Positions 36,574-48,339 of a stretch of DNA of 64,000 nt are shown here, piece after piece. Origin of the DNA: Apus apus (lineage: Eukaryota). Numbering within the stretch: position 1 is the first letter of the stretch; each line of letters starts with the position of its first letter. Under the pieces are notes generated by a model, which saw nothing but the letters and a program-made list of their open reading frames with translations, ran no database searches and was not told where the DNA came from. Made by a program: the position numbers and the translations under genes. The DNA is taken from positions 18,025,172-18,089,171 of the forward strand of contig NC_067282.1 in assembly GCF_020740795.1 (NCBI RefSeq), in the 5' to 3' direction.

Positions 36574-38029
36574 GTAAATCAGTTTGCTTGTCTTCTAAAA
36601 AATGCTGCTTTGGATAGGATGTTTATCTTTGCAAAGTGTTACATGACTTTTCCTCTTTTTTCTTTTTCTTTAGGCCAACTTCTGAGATTTTTCTGTAATT
36701 TAGTCTATTTGAAGTCTATTTTCTCTAGTAACAAGCACAGCCACATCTAAATATTAATTCCAGTTTGGTTTTAAGTGATTTCTTAGATTATTATTTTGAA
36801 GCTGAGTAGCTATCAGTGCTAGGACATTTTTCAGTGTTTCCTCCTAGATTTATCTTCTGGAGTTTCATACCTCTCACTGCCTGCTTACAGCAAAAAGAGA
36901 GGAAATTATTGACTTTCTCCTGGATATCTATAATTTGTGAGTGAAGGCAGCACTTAGGCCAAAGGACTTACAGTGAAAAGGAAAATCCTTTTGGCACCAA
37001 AAATCAGATGTAGACTTCTTAGGCCAACAGGTTTTGATTAGTACCATATCTTGTCAGTACCAGTAGGAGGCTTCTCATCTGTAACTAAAGCTTCTTGATG
37101 CTGGCATAACATGTAAGTTACTGATATCATGGATGTCTTGAGAATGGGATGGTAAGATGCAAATGGTGATCAATGCAGAGTAATGCAAAAGTGGAAAACA
37201 ACACTAACTATAACGGTACAATGTTGGGCTGCACCCAGAAAAGAGATGCTGGAGCCATTGTGAATAATCCTTGTCAAACAATAGCCCAGTGTTCAGCAGC
37301 TGTCAGAAAGCTAAACACTTAGGTAGCTGTATAAATCTGTATGACTATGGCATCGTGAGGAGTGTGTGTGCTTCTGGTTACTCCATCTCAAAGAGAAGAG
37401 CAAGAGAAATGGAAAACAAAGGTTGCCAGATACACGGATGTCTTGCTGTACAAGGAGAGGACTAGTCCTCATTTATTTTTAACCTCTTGAATCCTCACAT
37501 AGTCATCTCTTTTCCAGAATAAACAGAAGATCGGACTAGGGATGATTACTTGCCATTTCTCACATCTTAACAATCACAGGACACCCAGCAAAATGAGCAA
37601 TCAGCAGATTTATAACAAAACAAAGACCAACAAAAACCAAACGGTCTTTCTGATGCATAATGAATAGCTTCATGTCTTGTCGTGCTTTATGTTGAGGCTA
37701 ACCTGCAATTAAATTCAGAAAATGGGGTTTTAGATACAGTAGTTTAGATGAAAACACCAGTTCAGTAAATCCCAAAACCCCTGATTAATGAAAGCTCTGA
37801 AAACAGGGTAGGAGTAGAATTTACCATTTTTCTGAACAATTTTGCTTGTGCCTTATGCTTAAGCCAGAGAAGATACAGAAGTTACTAGATGGACCTTAAG
37901 CTCTATCTTTAACAGTAATTATAGGAGAGCAAGAACAAATAAAATGTAAGAATTAATTATTCATATTTGGAAACCAGGAGTCATGTATAATAAAATCGAG
38001 ATTAAATGATACATTGTATGTTATTTTAG

Positions 38030-38255
38030 GAAAAAGTGAACTAAATTCGACCTGTGATACTTTTCAGTCTGCCACTGCAACACTGGGAAACACTGACTTA
38101 TGGAAGGCCCTGCGTTACTTACGCCTGCTGTTGCCTTCTCAAGGATGTCGTAACGTTGTTTTTATATCGGATGGACACATTCAGAATGAGAGTGTGACCT
38201 TCCAGATTGTGAAAGATAATGTCCACTACACGAGGTTATTTACATGTGGTGTAGG
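38030..38255 (+). CDS. PARP4: PARP4 exon (vWA)
   Basis: attttag|GA; KSELNSTCDTFQSATATLGNTDLWKALRYLRLLLPSQGCRNVVFISDGHIQNESVTFQIVKDNVHYTRLFTCGV vs human ...EFIMSATPTMGNTDFWKTLRYLSLLYPARGSRNILLVSDGHLQDESLTLQLVKRSRPHTRLFACGI; donor GG|gtaagt, phase 2. Confidence 0.9.
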
Positions 38256-38374
38256 GTAAGTACAAAGTTGGCTAGCAATTTCATTTGTTTAAAACTACTG
38301 ATAATTTATTCCAAGTGAGAGGTTAATAAGCTGAGAACTGTCAGATGCCTGAGTGTACTGTCTTAATAGCAGCC

Positions 38375-38700
38375 TTCCACTGCCTGAAGGGGCTACAGAA
38401 AAGCCAGGAAGGGACTTTTTACCAGGGTGTGTAGTGAGAAGTTGAGGGGTAATGGTTTTAAGCTGGAAGAGGGGAGATTTAGGTTAGACATTAGGAGGAA
38501 TGTCTTTAGTGTAAGGGTGGTGAGGCACTGGCACAGGTTGCCCAGGGAGGTTGTGGATGCCTCCTCCCTGGAAGTGTTCAAGGCCAGGTTGGATGGGGCT
38601 TTGAGTGGAAGGTGTCCCTGCACATGCAAGGAGTTTGGAACTAGATTATCTTGGAGGTGTCTTCCACCCCTAGCCATTCTACTGATATGCTATCAGTATA
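38375..38700 (+). mobile_element. CR1 LINE 3' fragment
   Basis: ...GGTGGTGAGGCACTGGCACAGGTTGCCCAGGGAGGTTGTGGATGCCTCCTCCCTGGAAGTGTTCAAGGCCAGGTTGGATGGGGCTTTGAGT... is the canonical CR1 ORF2 end and 3' UTR. The ORF-track entries 38393..38677 (-) and 38427..38765 (+) fall inside it. Confidence 0.9.
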
Positions 38701-39769
38701 TCAGTACAACTACACTAGTAGTTGTATTTTTTTATTATTTAATTGTAATTTGTTTTGTAAGGTAACTACTTAAATGCAAAGTAACCACTAAACTTCTCAA
38801 TTATCAAAAGAACAGGCAAAACCTCACTGAAATTCACTGCAATGTAGTTTGACTGTTTTCAGTAACAACAAAGTAGAAAGATACATGGATGACTGAAATT
38901 ACTTTAAAAAAAAAATTTAAAGGGTTACAGTTACATTCTTCAGGTTGCAAGGCATAAATGGGAAAGGGTCAGGGAGGTGTTAAATTCTTACCCTATTGTG
39001 GGAGAGCTGGCAAGGATACATCAAAATAAAGAGCAGTGCCGAGGGTCATGTTCTTCTAGGACTATTTTCTTTTTAATGACACCTTCACCATAGCTCCTGC
39101 AACATTTCCCATATCTCACAGCCGTGGGCCCTGTCCTAGCACTGGGCAAGCACACCCTTCAGGCCCCATACCAGACATCCCAGTGCTTTTCCAGAGTGAT
39201 CTTATGTTATGATGGTGTGTTGCATCAACTCACAATAAAGAACAGACAGTATGTGTCCATTAGCTGCACACTGACACAATTTTAAATGTATTTACATTCC
39301 TGCTATGTTCATGTTCAGCGTATTTACATTCACTGATTATTGGTTATTGGTATAATGGAACTAGGCCTAGAAATGGATGACCTCAGTTCTGCTAGTCTGA
39401 GAGGGCATGCCTTTTATTGCTTCCTCTACACCACTAACATTTGCCTAACCTTAAACCCAAGTTGTTACATGTTCTTAGCATAGATACAATTGTACTACTT
39501 AATATTGACTTGAGGGGTTTTGGTGAGGATTCACTAGGTCACTAAGACTGTGGTATGGCGGTGAGGAGGAATGAGTCTACTTTCTGTCCAACAAAGATAT
39601 TCAAGGCTTTCCTCACCCAAAAGAATTCTCATCTGCTTAATTTTTCTCCTTTAATCCTCTATAAAGCTCTCATTTATATATATGCCTATGAAATAGCTTC
39701 ACAGTAGTCAGACTGTTAGTGAGCAGAGCCTGCTGTTCCATCGGGCTAATAAGTGTTACCATATAACCA

Positions 39770-39900
39770 TAGAATGTCTTGGGTTGGAAGAGACCTCTAA
39801 AGGTCATCTAGTCCAACCCCCCTACAATATGCAGGGACATCTCACACCAGAACAGATAGCTCAGAGCCCCATCAAGCCTGACCTTGAATACATATTGGTT
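39770..39900 (-). mobile_element. CR1 3' terminal fragment (minus orientation)
   Basis: CATAGAATGTCTTGGGTTGGAAGAGACCTCTAAAGGTCATCTAGTCCAACCCC...CATCAAGCCTGACCTTGAATAC is the reverse complement of the CR1 3' end. Confidence 0.8.
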
Positions 39901-40308
39901 ATATCCATGTTGTTCAGATAGTAGCATTTCCCAGCTGATGCTGGAGGTAGCTGTAAGATAGCTGTGTCCATGCAAAGTAGCTCTGAGATTTATGTCAAGT
40001 AGTTCATGATCAGGATCATTGATGCAGCCTCACTGGTGTTTGAACTTAAGTTGATTTCTCTGCACAGCTCACCACTGGGATATGTAAAAACTCATGTACC
40101 ATGTAATTTCCTCAAATGTTTGAAATCTCTACTAAAGCAGCACAGTCATTGGCTCAGTTGCTTTCAGTTCGCCTGTCTCCTGATAAAGGGGTAACATTTT
40201 AAAAATTCAGATTCAAAAAGCTTGCAGTATTAATTGGAAGCAAAATATTTAGAAATATTTAATAGAATAATTTAATTCAACAATTACATAAATAATTTTA
40301 TTTGTTAG

Positions 40309-40408
40309 TTCCACAGCAAATCGACACATGCTGAGATCTCTGTCCCAATATGGTGCTGGAGCATTTGAATACTTTGACTCAAAATCAAAGTGTAACTGGG
40401 AGGCAAAG
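40309..40408 (+). CDS. PARP4: PARP4 exon (vWA)
   Basis: tttgttag|T; GSTANRHMLRSLSQYGAGAFEYFDSKSKCNWEAK vs human GSTANRHVLRILSQCGAGVFEYFNAKSKHSWRKQ; donor AAG|gtacat. Confidence 0.93.
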
Positions 40409-41213
40409 GTACATTTATAAATCTTTAATATACTTGGTATGTGATAATTTTCTGCTATATCAATATCTGCTATTGCCTAACTTCAGTATCTCAAAATGGG
40501 AATTACTACTATAATTGCCCCTGAGTGGCAAAACATGGCTTTACTTCTGACACAGGACACAGTCCATCTATAACGTTGTCCTTTCTATAGCCATGAGGCC
40601 TGTAGTAATTGTACTCTGTGACTTTGGACTTCCAGCACATCTAGAAGTTTCAGGCAATCCAGGACCCCATGTGTGCTCTTCCATTTCCATATATGTGTTA
40701 CGTGTCTACAGCACTATGACAGTAGAGAAGCTGATACAGCAAGGTTGATATCTGGCATATTTTTTCCTGAGGAAATTGATAAGAGCATAGATTTCCTCTC
40801 TTGCTGTTCAGGCTGTCATTTGAGTGATATATGCAGAACTATACAGAGCAAGCTATGGAGTTGTGCAGAACTGTTCACATATCTCAGAGTTCACGTGTAG
40901 GAGATGGTGCTAAGTGTAGCATGCCATATTCCCTAGCCTGTTTGGCAACCCTGGTGAACAGAAGCTTTACTCTCAATTTCAACTTTCAGTTAAAAGAAAT
41001 ATATTATTCCAGAAGTTGGAACAATAATGAGTGAATGATTCTCCTTATTACCTCCAAACACTAGGTTAATTTTTTTATCAGGAATAGTATGTGTCTTGTT
41101 TCAGTTGTTAAAAAATTAGTTCCATTCATATGGGAAATATGTTATTTTCTAATAAGTTTTCCTTTGAAAGCATACTAACAAACAGAGCTAATTTGTTTTG
41201 CTTCTTTACACAG

Positions 41214-41384
41214 ATACAGAGCCAAATATCTAGAATATTTTCTCCAGAATGCAGATCAATTTCTATTAAATGGCAACAGTTTGACAGAGGTGCACCAGAG
41301 CCAATGCAGGCTCCTGCCCAAATACAGTCTTTATTTAACAATGAGAGGCTTCTCGTCTATGGATTCATCCCTCACTGTACTCAG
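41214..41384 (+). CDS. PARP4: PARP4 exon
   Basis: tttacacag|ATA; IQSQISRIFSPECRSISIKWQQFDRGAPEPMQAPAQIQSLFNNERLLVYGFIPHCTQ vs human IEDQMTRLCSPSCHSVSVKWQQLNPDVPEALQAPAQVPSLFLNDRLLVYGFIPHCTQ; donor CAG|gtaaag. Confidence 0.95.
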
Positions 41385-41780
41385 GTAAAGTCTGGCATAT
41401 GCATGCACTACATGATAGAAATTCACATGCAAAACAATCACAAAGGACATACATTCTACTATATATCCTCTACACAGCATACACGTATCTTCTTTTTCAT
41501 GGCTAAATAGAATTAAGTTACTGTTCAATTCTCATTATTAGTCTTTCCTCTAAGAAGTAGAAAGGAAAAAGTTACCTAGTTTAATGTTCTGTCACTGTGT
41601 TTTGATAAATACAAGATTCCTTTACTTGTGAATGTCCCCTTGTAAGGGGAAATATGTATAAACCTAGATAGGCAAAAAGATTTGAGTTGTATTTGGGAGA
41701 CAGAACAGTATGTATGTGTGCTGGTAATACACCATGAGAGAGAAAGAAACAGTATTTTTGTGTTGTTTTTTTTCTTTTAG

Positions 41781-41861
41781 GCCACCTTAAGAGCAATAGT
41801 AAATGACGAAGAACTACAGACTGTGGTGTCAACTACGGAGCTACAGAAGACAACAGGAACA
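41781..41861 (+). CDS. PARP4: PARP4 exon
   Basis: tttcttttag|GCC; ATLRAIVNDEELQTVVSTTELQKTTGT vs human ATLCALIQEKEFRTMVSTTELQKTTGT; donor ACA|gtgagt. Confidence 0.93.
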
Positions 41862-43648
41862 GTGAGTTTGGCCAACATGATTTGTACATGCCAGAGTCAG
41901 ACAAACTACTTTAAACAGCCACTTGCTGCTTCACGCTCTTTTGATGGAATTGAAATGCCTGTTTTCAGCAGCTCTTGCACTTTTATTTTTGCTTCTGGTG
42001 TTTTAACGCAGACTTTCAGTTTTCAGACTTTTAAAGGGAAACTGTTTTACACAGAAGTGTCACCTTTCTCTGTGTTTTCTAACACAAAACTTAAGCGTTG
42101 GGCTTTAGCTTTATCCTTGGGTTGCCTGTTCTTCAGGTGACCTCTGTGAAGAAGCTGCTGCAGCATTCTCTTTCTTGTTGTAAACTGTTCCTGTGTGGAA
42201 CATCTGATCACCAGTCTGTCATCTCTAGAAATGTAGAGAAGAGACAGTAAAGTGTTACTGGCCTTTCCTCTGCTTCATTAACAATGAAGTGAGGAGTCTT
42301 TATGTAGAGGAAAGCATAGCACCCATCTTGAAAAGGAAAACAAGCTAAAAAGAACCGTTTATTAAATCTAACAGATGTCTACACTTAAATAATCAAAACG
42401 AAAGCCAACTTTCAGTAATAATTCTCATATGACTGTTACCCCTTCCCCACTAGGGGAAGCTGATTTGTTTTCAATTTGTTCCCTGCTTAGTGTAATCTAC
42501 TTTGAAAGCTACTACTGTGGATTGGTGTTCATGGATATATTGGTTGTATTGATTTCCATAAGGACAGTTAGTTTCCAGGAACATGTCCTTCTCCAGGCAA
42601 ATAAAACTGGCAAGTAGATGCAATGTATTTGCTTACCATAATGAATTTTTACTTATATAAAAATACCTGTAATTCAAATTCCAGATGAAGTTATAAAAAA
42701 GTTTTTAAAGGTGTAAACTGAAATGGCAGAATTATAAAAAGAGGGTCAAAATTTGAAACAAATTATTATTTATAGATGCTTTAGATCAACTCTGGGGATT
42801 CCAACCTGTTTCTTTTGCCAGTTTACCTCAGCTGAAAAAGTAATTATTTGCTTAAGGGATTTTCTTCAGAAATGGCTCTTTGGCATCTATCATATTCTTC
42901 CAAAAATGAGTCAGTGGGAATGTTTTGGCAATTGGAACTGGAATACAGCTGGATTTTACCACATTTTCCCTGCAAAGGTTCCTCTTTTTGTTAGCTTTAA
43001 CATATTGAAGACACCAAAATTGTTTTTATTTTCTATAAAAGACTGGCTTAGTTCTATATTTCCCTTTTCTGCATACAACCCCTCAGGTCAAGAACTGGTT
43101 GATTATGCTAGATGTACTGATTTTTTTAAAGTTGAACACTCTAGACTCACTTTAATTTCCCCCCAAATTCTGTATTTTTATGGACAGGATTAATTTACCA
43201 AACTTCACTTATGTAGATACTGTTCTTTAAATCTGACATAGGTGTCCAGGCTCTGTTTACAGTCATTGGAGAAAAATGTGTACATACAGAAGGGGCATTT
43301 TACCTGTTTTAGTTGGCTGTTTCAAATTGGGATTAATTGCCTTGTGGAGTTTTTCTTTTTGCTTACATGCCTGCCTTTTTTTCTCTCTCCCTTGACTCTA
43401 AGGAATGGGCACAACAAGTAAGCCTGGGGATTTTTTAATTAATTAAGTGAAATAAAAATGTACATTAGGTGCAGGTGGTGATTGCTCTTAAAATGAAAAT
43501 TTAGCTTGACCCTTCCTTAGAGAATGGGATTCTGTGTAAATATGGAAGCTTATTTTTTGAAGCTGTACCCCATAAATGAGAGGAGGAAAATATTAATTTT
43601 TTTAAAAAGGTACTGCTATTTTTATGATCAGTTTTGTTTTCTGTCTAG

Positions 43649-43729
43649 GTGCTGCACAAACTTGCAGCAAGAGCTTTCATTAATGACTATGAAGATGGGA
43701 TTCTTCACGAGAATGAAACAGAACATGAG
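43649..43729 (+). CDS. PARP4: PARP4 exon
   Basis: tctgtctag|GTG; VLHKLAARAFINDYEDGILHENETEHE vs human MIHKLAARALIRDYEDGILHENETSHE; donor GAG|gtttga. Confidence 0.93.
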
Positions 43730-44502
43730 GTTTGATAATCTGAAATAAAAACTATCTATTTAAAATGCTAAATAGCAAACTTCAATAGAACAGAAAAAAA
43801 TTCTTGCTTTGTTAAACATAACTAGAGGGTTGCAATCCTAATATAATTTTAACATTAAAGTCACCATATAGTAATATCTTCCCAGATAAGATTTTGAAAA
43901 ATTTTGGGACAGCCTTTTCTCCTTCATGACAAGAATGTCCTCTACTGGCATACTAGGTACATATTTTTCCTAATCTATACCCTGTCATTGTAGGCCACTG
44001 GTGATTCTTCTTTTCCTGTAACATGTACAATTTTAGTTTTGTGAAGATCAATACATATTAGTCCAGCTAAAGTTTGCAGCATTTGTACAGGATATGGTGG
44101 AAGATAATGACCTGTGTTTTAGACACAGACTTAATGATCTGTTGATCTGTTAAAAAATTACTTTTAGGTATTAAAAAAAAATATTGCCATCTTGGCTTGT
44201 TTGAGACTTTAGACCAATTCTTCTTATAAAATACAGCTGCTTCTTACACTAGAAGGAGGATAGAAACAAAAGAAGTCTAACTAGAGGAGATTCATGTCCC
44301 TGCCCAAAGCTGAGTGAGGGAGTAGAAAAGGATAGAAGGGAGCAGACAGGCAGGCTAGTGTATTCACATGAGCTCTTCCTTTTGCATGTCCCTATTTAGA
44401 GTGCCTGTGTTTATAGATATGTGTTCAGTTTTGACATCAACATTTCTTTCAGCTGATCATATTTTTTCTCCCTGTTCCATTTGTTAATACTTAACAATCT
44501 AG

Positions 44503-44598
44503 ATGAAGAAACAAACCTTGAAAAACATGATTATTCATCTCAGCTTGGAGAACTCAATTATAAGCCAGTTTACAAGCTTCGTTGCAGTTGAGAAACGG
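44503..44598 (+). CDS. PARP4: PARP4 exon
   Basis: caatctag|ATG; MKKQTLKNMIIHLSLENSIISQFTSFVAVEKR vs human MKKQTLKSLIIKLSKENSLITQFTSFVAVEKR; donor CGG|gtatgt. Confidence 0.95.
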
Positions 44599-45539
44599 GT
44601 ATGTTTTCTATATATCTTGTTCCCACTAGCTTGTCTGTCAGAAGATTCTAAATTCTGTAACCTTGTGCATACCAAAACCAGTCTTCCTTTTGCTTAACAA
44701 TTATTATTCTTTTACAGTAGAGCTAAAACTATGATTTCTTCCATTATTTTGGTTTCTTCTGCAGTATTGCAAGGTATTTCCTTGTCTGTCTCTTACACTG
44801 CTTGTCTTTACAATCAAAGTTTGTCAGTCTGTGTGTTCCCGTTGTGATTTCCTACAAGGGTTTGTAATTCCTGATAGTGTTCTGGGAGCCAGACAAGTCA
44901 ATCCCAGCTGAAGAGTACTCCTGAATCCTTGGTGCATAAGCCACGGGACCCTTTCTCATAAAATGTAAGGATTCCAAACTATAGCAAACTGGCCACTCTA
45001 GCCATGGACTGCTGCAATGATGGACTTTGTATTAGCAAAAGTCATGCTAAGGGAGTCTGTGTCAGGTGGGAGAGTAAAGGAAAGTAAAGGAAACACAAGG
45101 AAAGTAAAACTTGAAAAGTCTCTCTTTAATATTGCAGTACACTATGGAACTTTTTCATTTGTTTTCAGTATTAGAACAGTTGTAGGAGAAACAAAAGCTT
45201 TGCAGAAAATGGAAATAAATGCTTATAAATTACAGCCTTGAAATTCAAGAGTCAGTAAGAGTGTTCAAATGGAAGGCTGTATCATGATAAACAAGATTAT
45301 ATCAATTGGATTAAGTATTAGGTGGGGCACAGAGAATGGGAATTAATCTGACCAAACACGTGTGTACATTTAGCAGCAAGTCATGTTTGCCTTCCTCTCA
45401 TGGTGAATAGAAATAAATAGATATATTTCTAGAGCTTGATTCATCTTATCCTGAAGTTAAATACCTAAACCTGTACAGAATAATTTTATCAGGGTCTTTT
45501 TCTCAGCACTGATTATAGGTGTTACCTGTAGTCACTGTT

Positions 45540-46183
45540 TCAGATTCAAGGATCACCTCCTCCAATCTCAAGAACAGTCTATCCCAATGAACAGAAGTCA
45601 GGCAAAAATGCCAGGAGGCCTGGCATAAACATGGACGAACAAAGAACTTCTGGAAAAACTCAAACATAAAAGGAAAGTATACTAACAGTGACAGCTATCT
45701 GAGCATGCTGAGACATCATTAGGAAAGCAACTACAGGCTGGTCAGTCTGACCTTAATCCCTGGGAAGGTGAATAATTAAGCAGTCAGGAGTAGACAACAA
45801 GGATTCACCATGGGGAAGTCATACTTGACCAACTTGATAAACTTTGAAAATGTAATGACTGATTCAGTAGACAAGGGGAAAGCAATGGATAATGTCTCTC
45901 TTGACTTCAGTAAGGTCTTTGACACTGTCTCCCATAGGATGCTCATACAGAAGCTGATGAAATTATGGGCTGGATGAGCAGACAGTGAGGTGAATTGAAA
46001 AACTGGCTGAATGGCAAGGCCCACAGGGTCATGATCAGTGGCACAAAGTCCAGTTGAAAACCAGTGAAAACCAGTACCAATGTACCCCAGGGGCCAACAG
46101 TGGAGCCTGTCCTGCTCAAAATATTAATTAATGTTCTGGATGATGAGACAGAGTTGTATCTTCAGCAAGTTGTTAGTGGTTGT
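45540..46183 (+). mobile_element. CR1 LINE internal (reverse-transcriptase) fragment, 5' part, interrupted by a nested insertion
   Basis: Translates, with frameshifts, to the CR1 RT region: ...HQGFTMGKSYLTNLINFENVMTDSVDKGKAMDNVSLDFSKVFDTVSHRMLIQKLMK...VPQG...LINVLDDETEL (LDFSKAFDTVSH motif). Confidence 0.8.
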
Positions 46184-46794
46184 CATGGTTTCACTCAGGG
46201 TCGATAACAACGCTCTTGATCCCCTCCCCCTCCCATCCAGGTAGAGAAGGAGAGAGAGAAAAAGAGAGAGACTTGGCTGGATTGAAAACTAAACTACACA
46301 GCTTTAATTAAACACTAATGATGAAAGAAAATACATACAATTATATACAAATATGTTCAGGAATGAGCAAACCCCTATTGCCTCCCCCCACCCCCAGCAT
46401 CTCCTGAGCTGTGAACAGCCCCAACAAGTGCCGGAGCTGCCGGAGAGAGCGCAGAGTGAGGAGGGTCAGGAGAGCTCCAGCCTGGGGGTTGGTGGTGATG
46501 GATGGACGGAGTCCTCCCTGGACACCTGCCATGGATGGGAGAGAAGGGAAGAAGAAGCAGGAACGAAGTTGTTTTCTATGATCTCTGACCTTCCTCTGAG
46601 CTTACGTAGATATATGGAATGGAATATCTCTGGCCAATTTTGCTGTCTGTCTAACTCAGCCTCCTACGGAGAAGTCACAAATCTCCTGGTAGTGTCTGAG
46701 CCAGCAGGGCAAAGATGTGACCTTGGAGTCCCAACAATAACATAAACATTCCAGTGTTACCAGTCTTCCCTACAGAAGGAAAAAAAAAATCAGT
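46184..46794. mobile_element. Nested insertion (LTR-like or unknown TE, about 610 bp) splitting the CR1 copy; candidate 5-bp TSD AGTGG
   Basis: CR1 RT homology stops at ...ETELYLQQVVSG (46180) and resumes at ...[17 protein letters not shown] (46800). The intervening segment has no CR1 similarity, begins TTGTCATGG and ends ...ATCAGTAAA. It is flanked on both sides by AGTGG. Confidence 0.5.
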
Positions 46795-46935
46795 AAAAGT
46801 GGCTTCATCCTGGCTTAAAATAGGACATGATACAAAACTGAGAAGAGTGGCTGATGCACCAGAGGGTCATGTTGCCAACCAGAAGTATCTCAATGGGCTG
46901 GAGAAATGGGCTGACAGGAACCTCATGAAGTTCAA
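46795..46935 (+). mobile_element. CR1 LINE fragment, continuation after the nested insertion
   Basis: [48 protein letters not shown] matches CR1 ORF2 ...[43 protein letters not shown]. Confidence 0.8.
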
Positions 46936-48119
46936 AAAGGAGAACTTTTACAGCTTTTTACAGTGTCCAAAATGGTTCTTTCATCATCACAATTCACTGT
47001 TTCACATGGTATATAAATATAAATAAAAGTAGATCTGCATGAAGAATTCAGTGGAGATGCTGAATAAAACAAGCATACCTTTTCCTATTGTTACTGTTTC
47101 ATTTTGATGTCTACAGTACTATGAAAAACAATACCAGTAGCACAGGTACATTAGAAGAGTTAGATTTTTCTGGAAATAACCCTTTCCTGAGTAACAACTG
47201 CAACATTTGCAATCAAAGATCAAAAGATAGGTATACATTCCTAAAAACATCTAATCAAAAAGCAATTATAAAATGCAATTATATGAAGTTATTAGAAATT
47301 CCCAGCTCAAGGACTACTTTTCAATATAAGATCACTCAACTGAGTCAATATTAGTATCTTTCTGTAATGCACCTGAATACTCCATCTGGTACATAACAGA
47401 AGCAGTATATTGCAGAGTAGCAAGGGAACACCTGTGTGATTTCATAAACTGGTTGTTTACCAAGGGTGTCAACAGATTCTTGTCTCTCATTCTCATTTTT
47501 ATGGATCTGTTTTTGCAGTTCTTCAAAGGCTTCACTTTCCCCTCTGAGGACACAGACTGCTAGAATGTTATGTTTTAATTATGTCTGTAAATATCATAGC
47601 TTTAATGTCATTTCCAGTCTAGGATGACTTTTTTGACCCAGTGGAACAAAACATTGCAGACATTTTAAGGCAAAAGCACCTACACAACACAATGCAGTAC
47701 CATGCAAAATACCCAAAGCATCCCATTCAGCTTGACACTGTATTACCCTTTGTAATTTGTCTTCTTAACATGATTCTGCAGAATGCAATGTATTTTAAGC
47801 ACGTTAATAATAATGCTTATGTTTGCTTTCCTTTAAAGGACAGCAATAGGATTCTGACCAAAAAAACTGCCTAAGATTTGGATTTTGTTTTGATTCTGGG
47901 CATTTGAACAACTTATACATACAAATATATACTGTCCACCTTTATATTTCATGTGAATTTATTTAGTGACAACACAATGTCCCTCAATATAGTAAAAAAT
48001 GTGACATTACATTTACTGGGTTTTTTGTATATACTGTGTATTTTTAATGTGCTGCATTATCTGTTTATCCCCCGTTTTCTATACATTTCAAACTCACAAA
48101 GAAAAATGCAGTCTCTAGA

Positions 48120-48172
48120 ATCACAGAATCATTGAATGGTTTGGGTTGGAAGGCCCTTTTCAGGTTTGTAAC
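48120..48172 (-). mobile_element. Short CR1 3' tail fragment (minus orientation)
   Basis: AGAATCACAGAATCATTGAATGGTTTGGGTTGGAAGGCCCTTTTCAGG is the reverse complement of the CR1 terminal hairpin and ATTCTRTG tail. Confidence 0.6.
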
Positions 48173-48192
48173 TGTGATGCATTTTTATTTAG

Positions 48193-48339
48193 GATGCTGC
48201 TGAAACTTCTGCTGCTGATGCTCCAAACATCCTGGAAATTATAGCTCAAGAAGATGTAGATTTTTTACCTTACATGGACTGGGATGGAAAGGCAATGGAT
48301 TATGGCTTCATATTTGCTGGAGGAGTTAGCTATACCCCG
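48193..48339 (+). CDS. PARP4: PARP4 exon
   Basis: tttatttag|GAT; DAAETSAADAPNILEIIAQEDVDFLPYMDWDGKAMDYGFIFAGGVSYTP vs human DENESPFPDIPKVSELIAKEDVDFLPYMSWQGEPQEAV; donor CCG|gtaact. Confidence 0.88.

Noticed and set aside
42753-43193. 146-aa plus-strand ORF in a PARP4 intron
   Set aside because: - AT-rich and Phe/Ile/Leu-heavy low-complexity translation, with no splice-site context and no similarity to anything recognisable.
- It is flanked by real PARP4 exons at 41781..41861 and 43649..43729, which account for the conserved protein without it.
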